Assembly (NCBI RefSeq): GCF_009914755.1
Contig: NC_060926.1
Reading direction: 5' to 3' (one strand)
From: the human T2T-CHM13v2.0 reference genome, Homo sapiens
Length of the DNA: 64,000 nucleotides
Shown piece by piece: positions 45,485 to 61,437 of the stretch (position 1 is its first letter; every line of letters begins with the position of its first letter). The notes under the pieces were generated by a model. The model did not search any database and had not been told where the DNA came from. It saw only the letters and a program-made list of their open reading frames with translations. The position numbers and the translations under genes were made by a program.

Positions 45485-46184
<700 letters not shown>

Positions 46185-46586
46185 ATTATTCTTACATTTA
46201 AGTTGTTTCCCCTGGAGGCAGTGTGTATTTGAAACATGTGCTCATTTTTATTCATTTTTATTTTTTAGCATCTTTAAATCATTTGGGGAACAAAATGTGA
46301 GGGTAGGGCCACTCACATTTTTTTTTTTCTCAGAGCCTGGCATAGTGTTTGCACATAGTTGGAGCTGAGTCAATACTGTTAGACACATGCATAAGTACAT
46401 TGATGAAAAAGTGTCCTTCAGACAATCTTCACCATGTTCATTCCTCACAAGAGAGTTTTGATAAGAATTAAGAAGCAATGAGTCTGAGACGATGTTGTCT
46501 GGTAGGAAAGCAGAGTGGTAAAATCAGTAATTGTACCCTTCTATGTGTGCACAATGGAAAGTATAGACAAGTAGCATGTGATCTAG

Positions 46587-46780
46587 ACCTGCACTGTTCA
46601 ATATTGTTCACGTGTGGCTATTTAAATTTAAATTAATTAAAATAAATTAAAGTTGAACTCCTCAGTTGTGCTAGCCACATTCCAAGTGCCCAACACCACA
46701 TGTGACTGACTACTGTATGAGATGGCACAAATAATATAGAACATCTCCAACATCAGAGAAACTTCCACTGGACAGTACTG
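46587..46780. mobile_element. MER3/MER33-like hAT MITE
   Basis: cacgtgtggctatttaaatttaaattaattaaa...tagccacattccaagtgc...tggacagtactg. Confidence 0.75.
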
Positions 46781-46877
46781 ATCTAGAAACACACTATTTG
46801 CGCTAAACAATTACAGAAAACAGAAAAATAGTACGCTTAAATCATTTCTAAAACTTCAATATCAGATATTGATATGC

Positions 46878-47075
46878 AGTAGGCAAACTGTGGCCCTAAA
46901 TGCAGTTTTTGTAAATAAAATTTTATTGGTACACAGTCATGCTGATTAGATTACATAGTGTCTGGCTTCTTTTGCAGTGCTATGGCAGAGCTGAATAGTT
47001 GCAACAGAGATCATATGAATGGAAAATCCTAAAATATTATTTACCCCTTTACAGAAAAAAAATTGCTGATCCTTG
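46878..47075. mobile_element. MER58A-like MITE
   Basis: ggcaaactgtggcc...ttttgtaaataaaattttattggtacacagtcatgc. Confidence 0.75.
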
Positions 47076-47598
47076 ATACATAGCATGAAACTGATTTGTA
47101 TTTATGGTGTTAATATTTATTTTAAGTGTGTTTTGTCAAAAACTCTACCTATATTCTGAAAAGCGAGTGGAAGAAAATAGAAATAATTGCTGTTAACCTT
47201 TTGGCAGATATCCTTTTAGTCTTCTCCCCATCCCACACCATGGTTGTATTTTTTAAAATATAAAATACATAATATATAAAATATTATGTTTTTCAAAGTT
47301 GGGATTACAGGGCACAAACTTTTTGAAACTCTCACTCCTACTTCCTATACTGTCTACATTTTCTTTCCCAAGGCAAAGTATTTTATGATCTGACTTTTTT
47401 AATGGCTGTATTTTATTCCTTTATGGTTCTGGAGTAATAGTAATTAATTTCATCAATATCCTATGGATAGATATTTGGACTGTTTATAGTTATTGCTAAA
47501 TGCTAAGTTTTTATTGTTTTGTCTTTCCCAAGTAGGCATTCTCTTTTACATTCTATTAATGAGTAATTTTAAGGTCTTCAAAAAGATTCTTTAACCTG

Positions 47599-47939
47599 TA
47601 TTTCTCTAATTGTAAAAATCCAGCCAAACCAGTATCTTTGGGTCACTTGTAGCCAATATTTGAAATTTAGCATACTGTCACATTGTTCTCCTTTTCTTCT
47701 CCAGCTTTGTTTATATATTCTGGGTTTCAAATCCTGATAACTGTAACTTAATGCATTTTTTTTTACATTATATTTCTCTAATTGTAAAAATCCAGCCAAA
47801 CCAGTATCTTTGAGTCACTTCTAGCGAATATTTGAAATTTAGCATACTGTCAGTGTTCTTCTTTTCTTCTCCAACTTTGTTTATATAATCTGGGTTTCAA
47901 ATCCTGATAACTGTGACTTAATGCATTTTTTTTACATTA
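47599..47939. repeat. ~170-bp tandem duplication
   Basis: tatttctctaattgtaaaaatccagccaaacc...ttacatta twice (47599-47770, 47771-47939). Confidence 0.95.
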
Positions 47940-48797
47940 TATGATTTTGCATTCGAGAATAAATTTTGACCTTTGTGTTTGGTGTTATAGTCACATTTGC
48001 CACAATTATTTAGACTTATCTTTATGGTCAGCTGGGTTTAGTGTGTCTCACCAGTTCTTTTGTATCTTGATTTCTTCATTCTTAAAACCTTAATTTTGTT
48101 TAATCTCTTGGTTGATTGAATTACATCAAGTGATTTTTTTTTTTAAAAAAGAAAAGCTAGATGAGTAATATATATTTTTAGCCTTTGTATATCTGAGAAT
48201 AATTTCATATTGTATTTACACATAAAAGACAAATGGACTTCTGCCCTTCAAACTCATTAGATACTATCTAATTATTTTTTGGCAATTAGTGTTATGGAAC
48301 AGAAGTCTGAGGCTGACTCAATTATTTTTTCTTTCATAGATAACCTATTGTTCCTTATTTGGATGTTTGAAGGATATTTTCTTTATTCACATACATTTTA
48401 GAAATTGCAAAATTTAATCTAGGTGAGATGCCCCTTTTCATTGATTTTTTTTCTGGTTTATGATAAATCCTTTCAAACAGAATACAGCATATCCATATTT
48501 CTTTCACCTAAGATAGTTTCCCTTCATCTTTTATTGTTGCTTTAGTTTTATTTATTCTGGTATTTTCTTCAAAAACATCAATTATCCCTATTTTTTACTT
48601 TTTATTCTTTATTTTTCCTCTTCCATTTTCCTTCTGTATTTACTCTCATTGTTTTCATGTCTGCCCAATGCATTTTCAGATAGCATCTCAAGTTGGTCCT
48701 GTGATTCATTGATTTGACTTTTTATTGTATTTTATTACCTTTGTCACTGTCACTGTGAAGGTATTACTGTTTTCAGTTTGGGGCAGTCTTTTCTTAC

Positions 48798-49175
48798 TGT
48801 ATTAGTCCGTTCTCACGCTGCTAATAATGACATAGCTGAGACTGGGTAATTTATAAAGGAAACAGGTTTAATTGACTCACAGTTCTGCAGGGCTAGGGAG
48901 GCCTCAGGAAACTTAGAATCATGGTGGAAGGGGAAGCAAACATGACCTTCTTCACATAGAGGCAGCAGGGAGAAGTGCCAAGCAAAGGGGAAAAAGCCCC
49001 TCATGAAACCATCAGACCTGGTGAGAACTCACTCACTACCATGAGAACAGCAGCATGGGGGTAACCACCCCCAAGATTCAATTACCTCCCACCGGGCCAC
49101 TCCCATGACACGTGGGGATTATGGGAACTACAATTTAAGATGAGATTTGGGTGGGGACACAGCCAAACCATATCA
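48798..49175 (-). mobile_element. THE1 (C/D-like) solo LTR, TSD CTTAC/CTTAT
   Basis: tgtattagtccgttctcacgctgct...ggggacacagccaaaccatatca. Confidence 0.92.
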
Positions 49176-50010
49176 CTTATCTGACCTGATTTTTTTTTTC
49201 ATATCATTCTGTTGTTTTCTTTTGTATGTTGACTTTTTAATAGAAGCCTTGTGTTGTATCCTTTTAAATTTCAGCTTTTCTTCTTTATCCCTAGGTAATA
49301 TATTTTCAGAAGTATATCCTATCTCTTAGTCTTCAAAACACTGTCCCCTTTCTCTTGTCTCGCTGCATTTCCCCATAGACCCTATGATGTTTATTATTTT
49401 CCTTCCTTGAATAAAGCAAGATCTATATAGACCCAGAGTTTGCCAAATGACCATGTTAGTCTATTCACTTGCCCTTCACCCTTTTCTCCATCCATCTAGC
49501 TGATGGTTAATGCTCCTCATTTCTTGAGTGGAGGTGTGCTGAAGGTACAACTCTATGAGTGAAAATCCCCATATAGAACAGGCAACTCAGCTCCTGGGAG
49601 TCCACTGCCCATTTCATTGATTCTTTGAAACAGTGCATGCACAAAGAAAACCACAATTCCCAGAATGCTCTTGTCTCACCCTCCTTGACCCTAAAGCACT
49701 ACTTTACCTATGGAGACCACACTTCCCAGTATGCAGTGCGCCACAGGTAGCCCGTATTATTTTGAGGGGAGACAGAAAACCAGCTTCTGAAGTGATTATA
49801 GAAAGTCACTGTTTCTGAAGGAATATGTACAGTTATAAGAAGGCCACATTGTAGCCCCGTGAAGGAGCAGCACCTACACAGTTTTCTGGTTCACACACAC
49901 ACTTAATACGCACTTAATTTCCTAATAGGAAGGAAAGTAGGATCTACAGCATAGTGTTCTGTCTTTCAGCCCCTTCTCTTCTAATCTGTCATCTTTTATT
50001 TCATAGAGAT

Positions 50011-50362
50011 TGACACGGTTTGGCTGTGTCCCCACCCAAATCTCACCTTGAATTGTAATAATCCCCACCTGTCAACAGCAGGGCCAGGTGGTGATAATTG
50101 AATCATGGGGGCAGTTTCCCCTATACTGTTCTTGTGGTAGTGTATGAGTCTCATGAGATCTGATGGTTTTATAAATGGGAGTTTCCCTGTACATGCTCTC
50201 TTGCCTGCCTCCATGTAAGACATTTGCTCCTCATTCACTTTTCACCATGATTGTGAGGCCTCCCCAGTCACATGGAACTTTGAGTCAATTAAACCTCTTT
50301 CCTTTATAAATTACCCAGTCTCAGGTATGTCTTTATTAGCAGCATGAGTAAAGACTAATACA
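50011..50362 (+). mobile_element. THE1 (C/D-like) solo LTR
   Basis: tgacacggtttggctgtgtccccacccaaatctc...gactaataca. Confidence 0.92.
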
Positions 50363-52697
50363 AAGGTGGATCCTTCATATGGTACAATGGGGAATTTGGG
50401 TGTCCAGTTTAGTTTAATGCACACTAGAGACTCTTTCCGGATTCTGGAATTAGATTGACCTCCCTGCTGGTTTTTATTGTTGGGAATTTTGGCATTTCCC
50501 AGTGCCATGAGAGTCTTTTAGTGGGAAGTTAGGAGAGGCTGTGTCAGGTGGGTGATTGCTAGCTCAATAATATTTTCAGCTGAATGCTTGACTTATTTTT
50601 TCTAAATTAGGATTTCTCAGGCAACTGTGTTGTTTATCATTTGATCACTCTTCCTTCCAAAGCCAGCAGTGGCATTGCTGAGAAGCTCCATGATTTCAGC
50701 TTTGCTTTTAATGGGCTTCTGCCTAGGTTTGCCTTTAATGGGGCCACCCTTTTCTCTCATCTCTGTACAATTCAAACCACATTTGAAAGGACCATTTGAA
50801 AACAGGGTTATAGAGTGATTTCTTCAAATCTAAGGAAGCGTAAAAGAAACCTCAGATAGCAAGTGAAAAAGTGAATCCTTTCCTTGTCTGCCTTGGCTTG
50901 ACAAAGGGATAACAAAGCTATTGTTAGTCTCACTGGCAACTCACAACAAGAATTTTCTAGTTTTTCTGTTGAAGTTTTGAAGGACTTTCCGAGTCAAAAA
51001 GGTCAGTTTTGTATTGAGGACTTGCTATTTATTTTAGAATTTAATTACACAGTGTAGTGACATCTTGGTTCAAGAGACCTGGGTGGGTATACCTAATTTT
51101 GAACAAAGTGGGAAATCACTGGAAAAAAAATGATGTGAAATGGAATTTAATGGAATTTACTTCATCACTATAGAGCACTTACTGGGAAATAATTTTCTCA
51201 CTGACGCATTAATGATAGATGTTGATGTACAAATGCCAAAAGAGGGATTCCATGAGGCATGGTATTTATGGAAACATATTTTATTAATGAGAAATTTGAA
51301 GTTATTTGCAGATATTCACACACAGCACCACTTGCTGAAAGCCACAGTGGTAACGTGATACTTGACTTCAAAGTCGAGAATGTGTCTAATCAGTGGATGA
51401 GTTTAGTGTTCTTGCTTTACCCACGGGTTTTTATTTTGTGGTTATGTCAGAAAAAAGGAAGGACTAACAGTGAGTCTAACCCCAATTCACTGTGTTACTT
51501 TAGAGAATTCATATAATCTCTCTGGGCCTCCTTTCTGCAAGTACAGGAAAAGGATGTCTTGGAGGCTCCTCCCAGCCTACATTGTCTGATTCCTTGTTGA
51601 ATGTGCTTTGCAAGCACAAGGTGGTTTTTGTGCGGTCAGTCCACATTAACTACCCCACGAGCAGCAGGGATCTAGAATTATTTGCTGTGCTTGTTCTCTA
51701 GGGCATTCTAATGAGCTATGGCAAATTGGAGCTGTTGAATCTTTCAGGCAAGTCCTGTTCCCCCAGTGATATGTCCTGAGATAGCACATTACAGAAATGA
51801 AGATGTGTTTTCATGGACTCTATGCTATAAAATATTTATGCCCTGCCTTTGGTTATATACAGTATTTTGCAGTGTAGGTCATCTTCTCAGCAAAATGTTC
51901 TACTCTGAGAACAGCTTCCTAAAGCCCCCATGGATCTTTAGGGCAGGCGCATAAGACAGCCCTACAGAACAAGACACTGTCAAAGCTAATGCCTGAATAT
52001 AAATGGATCATGCATGACTTAACCCTAAAGGAAGATTTGGTGTGAATAGAATTTCCAAGATATATAATTAACTCTTTTATATTAATGAGAAATATAACCT
52101 CCAAAGATGTTAGCTGTCTCAGGATATAGTGTACTAAATTTTAACTCTTTCTCTCCTCCATGTGGAAGAGTGCTCCACTGTTCAAATCTGCCTAGGTATG
52201 CAGGGCACAGAATGATTAGAATTGCTGTTCCTTTTGTCCTGTGTTTCTTTTCTGGGACAGTTTGATGACATAGCTATTTATTGGGTCTCTATGCTCTACC
52301 TGCCAACATTCTGGCCACTCTGCTGGAGGCTGCAGAAATATATAATATGATTGCTGCCCACAAAAGGCTGTTTCATTGTTTCATTTAGTTGGAGAGTTAA
52401 GACATCTCCCAAAGAAAGAAACAAGTTAAAACAGCATATGATGGAATATATGTTATGTGTGATGGGGTTGAGTTCTAATTTATATGATGTTGATAATGAG
52501 TATGATTATAATTACTAATAGTAAGGATTAATGCCAGCTGTGGGGGTTAAGGAAATCCTTTTGAGCAGCAGAGATTTTAGCTGCCCTGTAAAAGATGGGC
52601 AGGATATGGGCAAGTAGTAAAAGGGAAGAACTTGTGTGGCTCACTGGGTGAGAAGATTTACCAGCTACTAGACATAGAGAGAAGGCCCTTAACAGCT

Positions 52698-53050
52698 GTA
52701 TCAGCCAGGATAGTCTAGGTTATGCTTCAGAAACAAACAAGCCCAAATCTTAGCTTAAATCAACTAGAGTTTCTTTTTCATTCGAGTTACAAATTTAGGT
52801 TGGCTGAGGACTCTACATTGTCCTCTCTCAGGGATGCAGGCTGAGAGAGTCACCACTCCCTGGAATGCCTCTGGTCACCATGGTGGAAGGAGAGAAGAGA
52901 AAATCACACACTGGCTCTTACAGGCTTCTAACTGGATATGACACATGCAGCTTCTTAGGTCCATGGCTAAAGCTAATCACATGTATAAGCTTAATGTCAA
53001 GGGGGAAGTGGATTTCTCCTTTGTTCCTGCAAGAAAAAGTACAGGAAATA
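52698..53050 (-). mobile_element. Old MLT1 (J/K/L-like) LTR
   Basis: tcagccaggatagtctaggttatgct...aaacaaacaagcccaaatcttagcttaa. Confidence 0.55.
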
Positions 53051-53084
53051 CCGCAGAGTATCTCTTAGAGCACGGCAATGGTCT

Positions 53085-53470
53085 GCATCGGTCCCCGCAA
53101 GCTCTTGTGTTAAAACAATCCCCAATGTGGTAGTTTTAAGAGATGGAGCCTTTTGGGAAATGATTAAGTCATGAGAGAGGGCTTTGCTGTCATGAAAGGA
53201 TTAGTGCTTTGTGAAAGGGCTGGAAGGAACTAGCTTAGGCTTCTTCCTTTTCCCCTCTTCTGCCATGTGAGGACACAGCATTTGTGCCCTACAGAGGACA
53301 CAGCAACAAGGCTCACCATCTTGAAAGTTGAGACCAGGCCCTCACCAGCCCCCAAATGCCCTCATCTTAGACTTTCCAGCCTCCAGAATGACGAGTAATA
53401 AATTTCCATTCTTTATAAATTACCCAGTCTCAGATATTTTGTCATGGCAACACAAACAGACTAAGAAACA
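53085..53470 (+). mobile_element. MSTD-like MaLR LTR
   Basis: gggctggaaggaactagcttaggc; ctttataaattacccagtctcag. Confidence 0.75.
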
Positions 53471-53810
53471 CCAACTGTATGTCCAGGGCAAGAGAGGCTG
53501 TGTCAAATAGTGGATAGCACAAGGATATTGTCAATAGGTGCACCTAGATTGGAACGTTCTGTCGCTTACCAACTGGGACTGCATCTATGGAATGAGATTA
53601 TTCTCATATCACAAGGTTGTTGTAAGGACTACATATACCACTAAATATTGATTTGTTTGGTTATCGCCTCCCTCTACTAACAGCTGTTTTTTTTTGTTTT
53701 AATCTTACATGATATCTACTATACCGCTTGCTCTTGGGTTTCAAGAAAATACCTATAATCTTGCAATAATTTTCCCTTTTTTGCTTAAGCTAGCCCAAGT
53801 GGATTTTAGC

Positions 53811-54066
53811 CAAGGCCTGTGCTAGTCCATGGGGTGACTTTGCAAAGTAGAAAAGGGCACACCTTATGAGTGGGGCTGCCTAGGCCCATAGACATACAAT
53901 GACACAGTGACTTTGTATGATTTAAGAAAGGTTCCCTTCCTTTTGATAGTGCTGTCCCAGGATGGACGGTTTGGTAGCAGAGCATGGGTCAGATTTCAGC
54001 CTCACTTTCCTTTTTGGGGGATAACCCTGTGTAGTGAATATTGTATATAATCACGTGTTGGCCCTG
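53811..54066. mobile_element. hAT-Tip100-type MITE (MER91-like)
   Basis: Termini caaggcc...ggccctg; flanks attttagc / gctttagc. Confidence 0.4.
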
Positions 54067-54588
54067 GCTTTAGCACCTTTTAACAGATTCCTGAGAAAGA
54101 CAATATTCTCTTTATTGTCCATCTTCCCCTTGTAAGACAAGAGAGAACCTTTAAATGTTACATATTTAGTCTTGCAAGAGTGCTACACATAGAATCCCAA
54201 TATATGAATTCCCAAGAAAATAACTAAGAGGCATCATGCTCTCGTACTCTTAGAATATCCTCACTTATCTGCTATGTTTCAAATCAGTAGCATAGTTATT
54301 TATAAGCAAATCCCACTGAACTTAATGAGTTTAATGAATAAAGAATGAGTATAATAAATGAGTTTAACTTCACCCAGAAATAATTCCTCATACAAAAGAA
54401 GTTTGATATTAAACTACCCCCAAATATAATATAATTAAATCACATTAATTCTCTTAGGTATAATGCAATTGTTTGCGCTGTGCATAGATAAGAAGCTGAA
54501 AGCAAATTTCTGACATGCCTTTGAGAAGAATTTGTGTAACTTTAAAAATAACTCAGAGGAAAACAAGGCCAGAATTGAGAGAGTTTTC

Positions 54589-54768
54589 TAGTATTTTTCT
54601 GTTTATTTTTTTCAGGCGGTGTCTTGCTCTGTTGCCTAGGCTGGAGTGCAGTGGCATGATCATGGCTTACTGCAGCCTTAACTGGAGCTCAAGCAATCCT
54701 CCCACCTCAGCCTCCTGAGTAGCTGGGACCACAGGTGCATGCCACCACAGCTGGCTAATTTTTGTATT
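54589..54768 (-). mobile_element. 5'-truncated AluJ (right arm), 18-bp TSD AGAATTGAGAGAGTTTTC
   Basis: Exact repeats at 54571-54588 / 54769-54786. Confidence 0.9.
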
Positions 54769-55029
54769 AGAATTGAGAGAGTTTTCAAAGATTTAGGAGT
54801 TACATCACTTACTGGAGCAGTGTCTTGTTTAATGGTCATGATTCACAGGATGAGATTAGAGAAAATATTGACTTCAGCTTTCCCCTTGCTCTGTGGGGAG
54901 AAGGGGCCTCTTATTGGAGGCAATAAGGAGAGAAGGGAAATCACCTTCTGTGTGAACACAAGGTCTCTGCATGCTAAGTGGGGCCACCTTCTTTTGTGTG
55001 CACTGACACTGTGAAAATCTAAATAGGAG

Positions 55030-55500
55030 TGTAGTCGGCTGTACAATACCCTGCCTTCCGTGGATGTCTAAGACGTCCCAATCTCAGGAACTTGTGAATA
55101 TATTACTTTACATGGCAAATGAGATTTTGCAGATGTGATTAAATTGTGGATTTTTACATGGACAGATTATTTTGCATTATCCAGTGGGCCCAATGTAATC
55201 ACAAGGGTCTTTATAAGTAAAAGAGAGGGAGGCAAGAGAGTCAGTCATAGATGTGAGGACAGAAGCAGAAGTTGGAGTAACGCAGCCATAAATACCTGCA
55301 GCCTCTGGAACTTGGAAGAAGCAAGAAACAGATTTTTCCCGGGAGTTTCCAGGAAGAATCATTATCTACAGGTACCTTGATCTTTAGCCCTATAAAACTC
55401 CTATTTGACTTCTGACCACTAGGACTGTAAGAGATTAAGCTTATGTTGTTGTAATCCACTAAATTCTGGGTAATTTGTACAGAAGAAATGGAGAACTATT
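55030..55500 (+). mobile_element. MLT1D-like LTR
   Basis: tacatggcaaatgagattttgcagatgtgattaa; gggcccaatgtaatcacaagggtc. Confidence 0.8.
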
Positions 55501-55657
55501 ATGGGGAACAAGGGTGTGGGGCCTTCTTGAGGAAATAGCTAGGGAGGGTGAGAGTGGAGGATATATAGCTAGATCAGGAGTCAGCAAACTATGGCTCAAG
55601 GGTCAAACCCAACTTGCCACCTATTTTTGTACAGCCTGTGAGCTAAGAATTGTTTTT

Positions 55658-56298
<641 letters not shown>

Positions 56299-57152
56299 TC
56301 ACACTCATTCTTATACATGTAGTCTCTGGCTGCTTTTACATAATTGTGTAGCAATCTACCACAGCAAATGGCCGATCATGTACCGTCTTGCTTCATCCAC
56401 CCCCAAACTGAGACTACTATCAGATTATTTTAAATTGAATCCTAGATGTCATATTGTTACATCCACAGTGCCTTCAGTATGTATCTCCAAGTTTTTCTAA
56501 AGATAACCACAATACCACTAAAACAGGAGTTTTTAAGAATGAGGAAGTGGGGTCAAGAGGAGAAAAAAATAAGGTGGAAAAGTAGAGAAAACCAGGCACA
56601 ATACCCAGAGGCTGTTTAAAGAGCATGTCACTTACCATAAACTCAGACCCAAGGTTGCATCAATTTTCCTGGAAATCTAGATAGGTAAGAAAATTAGACA
56701 GTTCTAAGCATTAAACGTGGAAGCAAAATGTCATCATAAGAGGCAACAAATTAGGTTGTTGAGAGAAAATATCAGATCAAACCTTGAAGCAAGGCCATTA
56801 GCTTGGTGGTTCTAAAACCTTACAGAAGAAGCAATGAGCAATGGGGCAGATTAAAGCTTCTTGAGTCCTGCTCAGGAAAGATGTGCGGCTACAAATTTGA
56901 CTCTCTTATTTCTCCTTTGATGTTAGCCAGCTCAGTGGTCATCTTTATGTTCCCTGTAGAGAGGAGAGTGAACTGTGTATTGTCATTTGGTCCCATCTCT
57001 GGATGTAGGTGGTAATAACAATTGCCTGACACTTTCCAGTGACCAAGCATGGAGTCAAGGCATTGGAAAGAACAAAGGACTCAGGGGGATCAGTTTGTTG
57101 GTTTTTGTCCTTTGAAAGAAAATCAGTTTTTGTACCTATTTTTTAAAATGCT

Positions 57153-58010
<858 letters not shown>

Positions 58011-58149
58011 TTTTTGACCCAAGTATTTTGCCTACCCTTCCTTCTTGGGTTGTGGTGAGCATCTGATGAAAGTGTACATGTGAAAATACTGTATAAGTCA
58101 GAAAGTGTTATGCCAATATAAGACTTGGTATTAGATTATACTGAGTGGG

Positions 58150-58158
58150 ATATATATC

Positions 58159-58194
<36 letters not shown>

Positions 58195-58354
58195 TATGTA
58201 TTTAAATTTATTTTATTTTTATATTTTAATTTTGTATAGGGATGGGGTCTCTCTATGTTGCTCAGGCTAATCTCCAGCTCCTGGGCTCAAGTGATCCTCC
58301 CGCCTCAGCCTCCCAAAGTGCTGTGATTATAGATGTGAACAACCATGCCTAGCT
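58150..58354 (-). mobile_element. (TA)n tract plus FLAM/Alu left monomer
   Basis: TA run at 58150-58200; ctcctgggctcaagtgatcctcccgcctcagcctcccaaagtg. Confidence 0.85.
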
Positions 58355-59402
58355 ACCTTCTTATTTTCAACAAAATTTGTTTTGCACCTTCTATGTTCTT
58401 CGCTCTGTTCTGTGGATTCCTGGAGGACTATTAAAAAGCATTGGCAGGTGCTACAAATTCTCTTTCTTATTATTAGTGTTTTGTTTTTCTTGTCTGGCAG
58501 GGAAATGATATTTTATGTCACTTTGACCTGATTTCACTGCTACTATGGTTCACATGTTTATGAAATGTAATCTACTCAAGAGAAAAGCAGACATTTTTCT
58601 TCCTGATATGCCTGTAGGTTTGCCATGTTGAGCAATAATGATGGAATTTCCAAATTCCTATCAGTAAGAAAACAGCATATTCTTGGTGTGGGGGGTGAGT
58701 CTTTTGTGGGAGGAAACCTAGGTCAAGAATTATGTAGGAAAATGAGACAGAAAAAGAATACAAATTCTAAAGTTTTTTAATGACAACCCTTCTAATTTGT
58801 GCCTAGAAGATTGTGTATAGGGAGATTACTATACTGGGTTTGAATTGCAACAAATAAGATCATCCACCCAAAGCATCTGGCTTGACCCAGGAATTGAGGA
58901 ATATAAAAATAGTTATGGGGAAGTTTTAAAGAAAACTGGAATAGTTTTAAAGTTGGAATGGGATCCATTTGGTCTATGACTATTTTACAGGTGTGGTCAA
59001 ATGAGACATGCTTGAAATGTTTGCTTTTTATAATTTACTGCAACTCATTATAAATGGCAGGGTTGCACTAGTATAGGTACAGACTGCTTTAAGAAAACTC
59101 AATATTTATAACCCCACAAATGTATAAATTGTGAATTATGAATTAGGGGATGAGTATCTCCATTATAAAAGAATTTGCCTACAGGATTCTCTCTTAGAAT
59201 ATTTAAAATATAACTTGATTTACAAATATGGTTTACAGAAATACATCTGGGAAAAGTAAGAGCACACACATACGCATGCTCTGAGTTTAGATTCTTCATA
59301 AAGATAGACAGATGGCATGTTATGTCTCAGGATAACTGTACCTGCTATAGGCTTGTCCTTACTACAAACAGCCAGCTCTCTTAACAATCAGAGACTACTT
59401 AT

Positions 59403-59867
59403 TGTTGCAAGAGGCAATCTGCCATGGGCTCTGAGCATCCCTGTAGTTTTTGCTGGCTATGCTAACAATGCTAAGCTTTGACCATTCTTTACCTGGACAT
59501 TTGCTAGTATTGTGTTTACTATGAGCAGATTGAGAAATATGGTAATGTCTCTATTTGGGATAGGAAACAGGGTTGCTTACTACTTACTATAAAACAACAT
59601 GTTCCCTAAGCTCAGTGCTCCTCATCTGTGCTGCGAGCCTACTGTGTGCAGAGCATCCATCTGGGCCCACAATATTGCTCCGATAAGATGTGGGGGCAAG
59701 GAGAATGGATACACGTGCTGATGCTCATGCTTCTTGCTGTGCTATGAGTAATAACGTCCTTTGTCTCTGACCTAGGAATCTCTTGCCTTCTGCTAGCACC
59801 CATGAAACAGTAACTAGCTAAATTATTAACTTGTATACAAGGGTAAAACCAGATCTCAGTCCTGACA
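59403..59867 (+). mobile_element. ERVL solo LTR (LTR40-like)
   Basis: TG...caatctgccatggg...tataaaa...ctatgagtaataacgtcctttgtctctgacc...cctgaCA. Confidence 0.65.
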
Positions 59868-59999
59868 CTTTTCAATTTGACTGTGCTGGGTTAAATCTGT
59901 GGATTTGGGGTTATCTGAGTACTTTGTTGACTTAACATAAAGGCACTTACTACTTTATTTTCTCAACTTTTAATTGCCTAGGACTGCATGCTATATTAT

Positions 60000-60494
60000 T
60001 TTTACCTTTTAATTTAGTTTTTTAATTTTAATTTTAATTTTTCTAGAGACAGGGTCTTGCTCTGTCACCCAGAGTGGAGTGCAGCAGCACGATTATAGTT
60101 CACTGCAGCCTCTAACTCCTGGGCTTAGGAGATCCTCCTGTCTCAGCTTCCTGAGTGGATAGAACTAGAGGCATGTGCCACTACACCTGGCTAATTTTTT
60201 ATAAAACTTTTTTTGTAGAGCTGGAGTCTTGCTATGTTTTAATTTTTTGTAGAGACAGGGTTTTGTCACGTTGCTTAGGCTGGTCTCAAGCTCCTGTCCT
60301 CAAGTGATCCACCCGCCTTGGCCTCCCAAAGTGCTGCGATTATAAGTGTAAGCCACCACGCCCAGCTATTTTTGCCATCTTTATGTTCATGAGTACCCAA
60401 TGTTTAGCTGGTTTTAAACTCCTGGCCTCAAGCAATCTTCTGCCTTGACCTCTCAAAGTGCTGGGATTACAGGTGTGAGCCACCTTGCCCAGCC
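60000..60494 (-). mobile_element. AluJ with an embedded extra Alu left arm plus L1 segment (~60237-60410)
   Basis: The left arm breaks at ttgctatgtt and resumes at gctggttttaaactcc after the insert. Confidence 0.85.
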
Positions 60495-61437
60495 AGCATG
60501 AAACAATAGCAGTACTTTTATTGTCTTAGGGCTAAGCTAGAGCAGCTGGTGTTTAGCTTAGATTTTTGTGGTTGTTTTCTTTTATATATAGGAAAGGAAA
60601 AATCACTGAATCATTTAATTAATGTCATATTCTCCAAGTATAACTCTTGATTATACATAGAAGGGAGAAACTGATGACTATCAATGAATCTAAACATTGA
60701 GGGAAGAAAAATGGGACTGAGCCTGTATGTAGGATTTATGAACTGACTACATATATAGGATGTGTATTTTAAAGGTATCTTTAAAATGCTGCTGTGCTGT
60801 GTATGGAGTACATCTTACTAGGATGTGTCTACTTGGACCACATTAGATGGTACTTTGTGTTCTGAGGATTAGAATTCTAGCTCTAAGAAGAGGTTTCTCT
60901 TTTGCTTTCCCTAGCCTGGGTCAGCTACTTAATCTCTTAAGTAGGTTTCTCTTCTACCAAAACATCTGGGAAACAATAGATACTATTCTTAAGGTAGAAT
61001 ATATGTGTGGCATATGTATGGGTGATTTGTAGATCTGATTTGATGCATATATTTGCGAATGGGCATGGCAATGAGCTGGATTTGTTTTAAGTGAACATAC
61101 AGAAATTTCCAAAGGGATGTTGTTTCCTTTAAATTATCACCTCAGAAATCTATGTGTTATTCCCAAGTTATTTCCAATAACATGGCTCAAACTTTACTAT
61201 TACTCCTTTTATGGGAGTGCATTCAGAGTCCAAGATCCAGTGGTGATCAAACTTTGTGCTTTTTAAAAATTTACCAAAAACCATGTAGAGCCAATTCTAT
61301 GAGTAAAGTGTGAGATCAAATGGAGTTAAAAAAAAGAAAAAAGAAGACACACAAAGTAGTAAAATTGATTTTCTTGAGTGGTTTGCAAACAGACCCCAAA
61401 GGCTACTCCCAAGCAAACTTCTGGAAACTCTTTAGAT

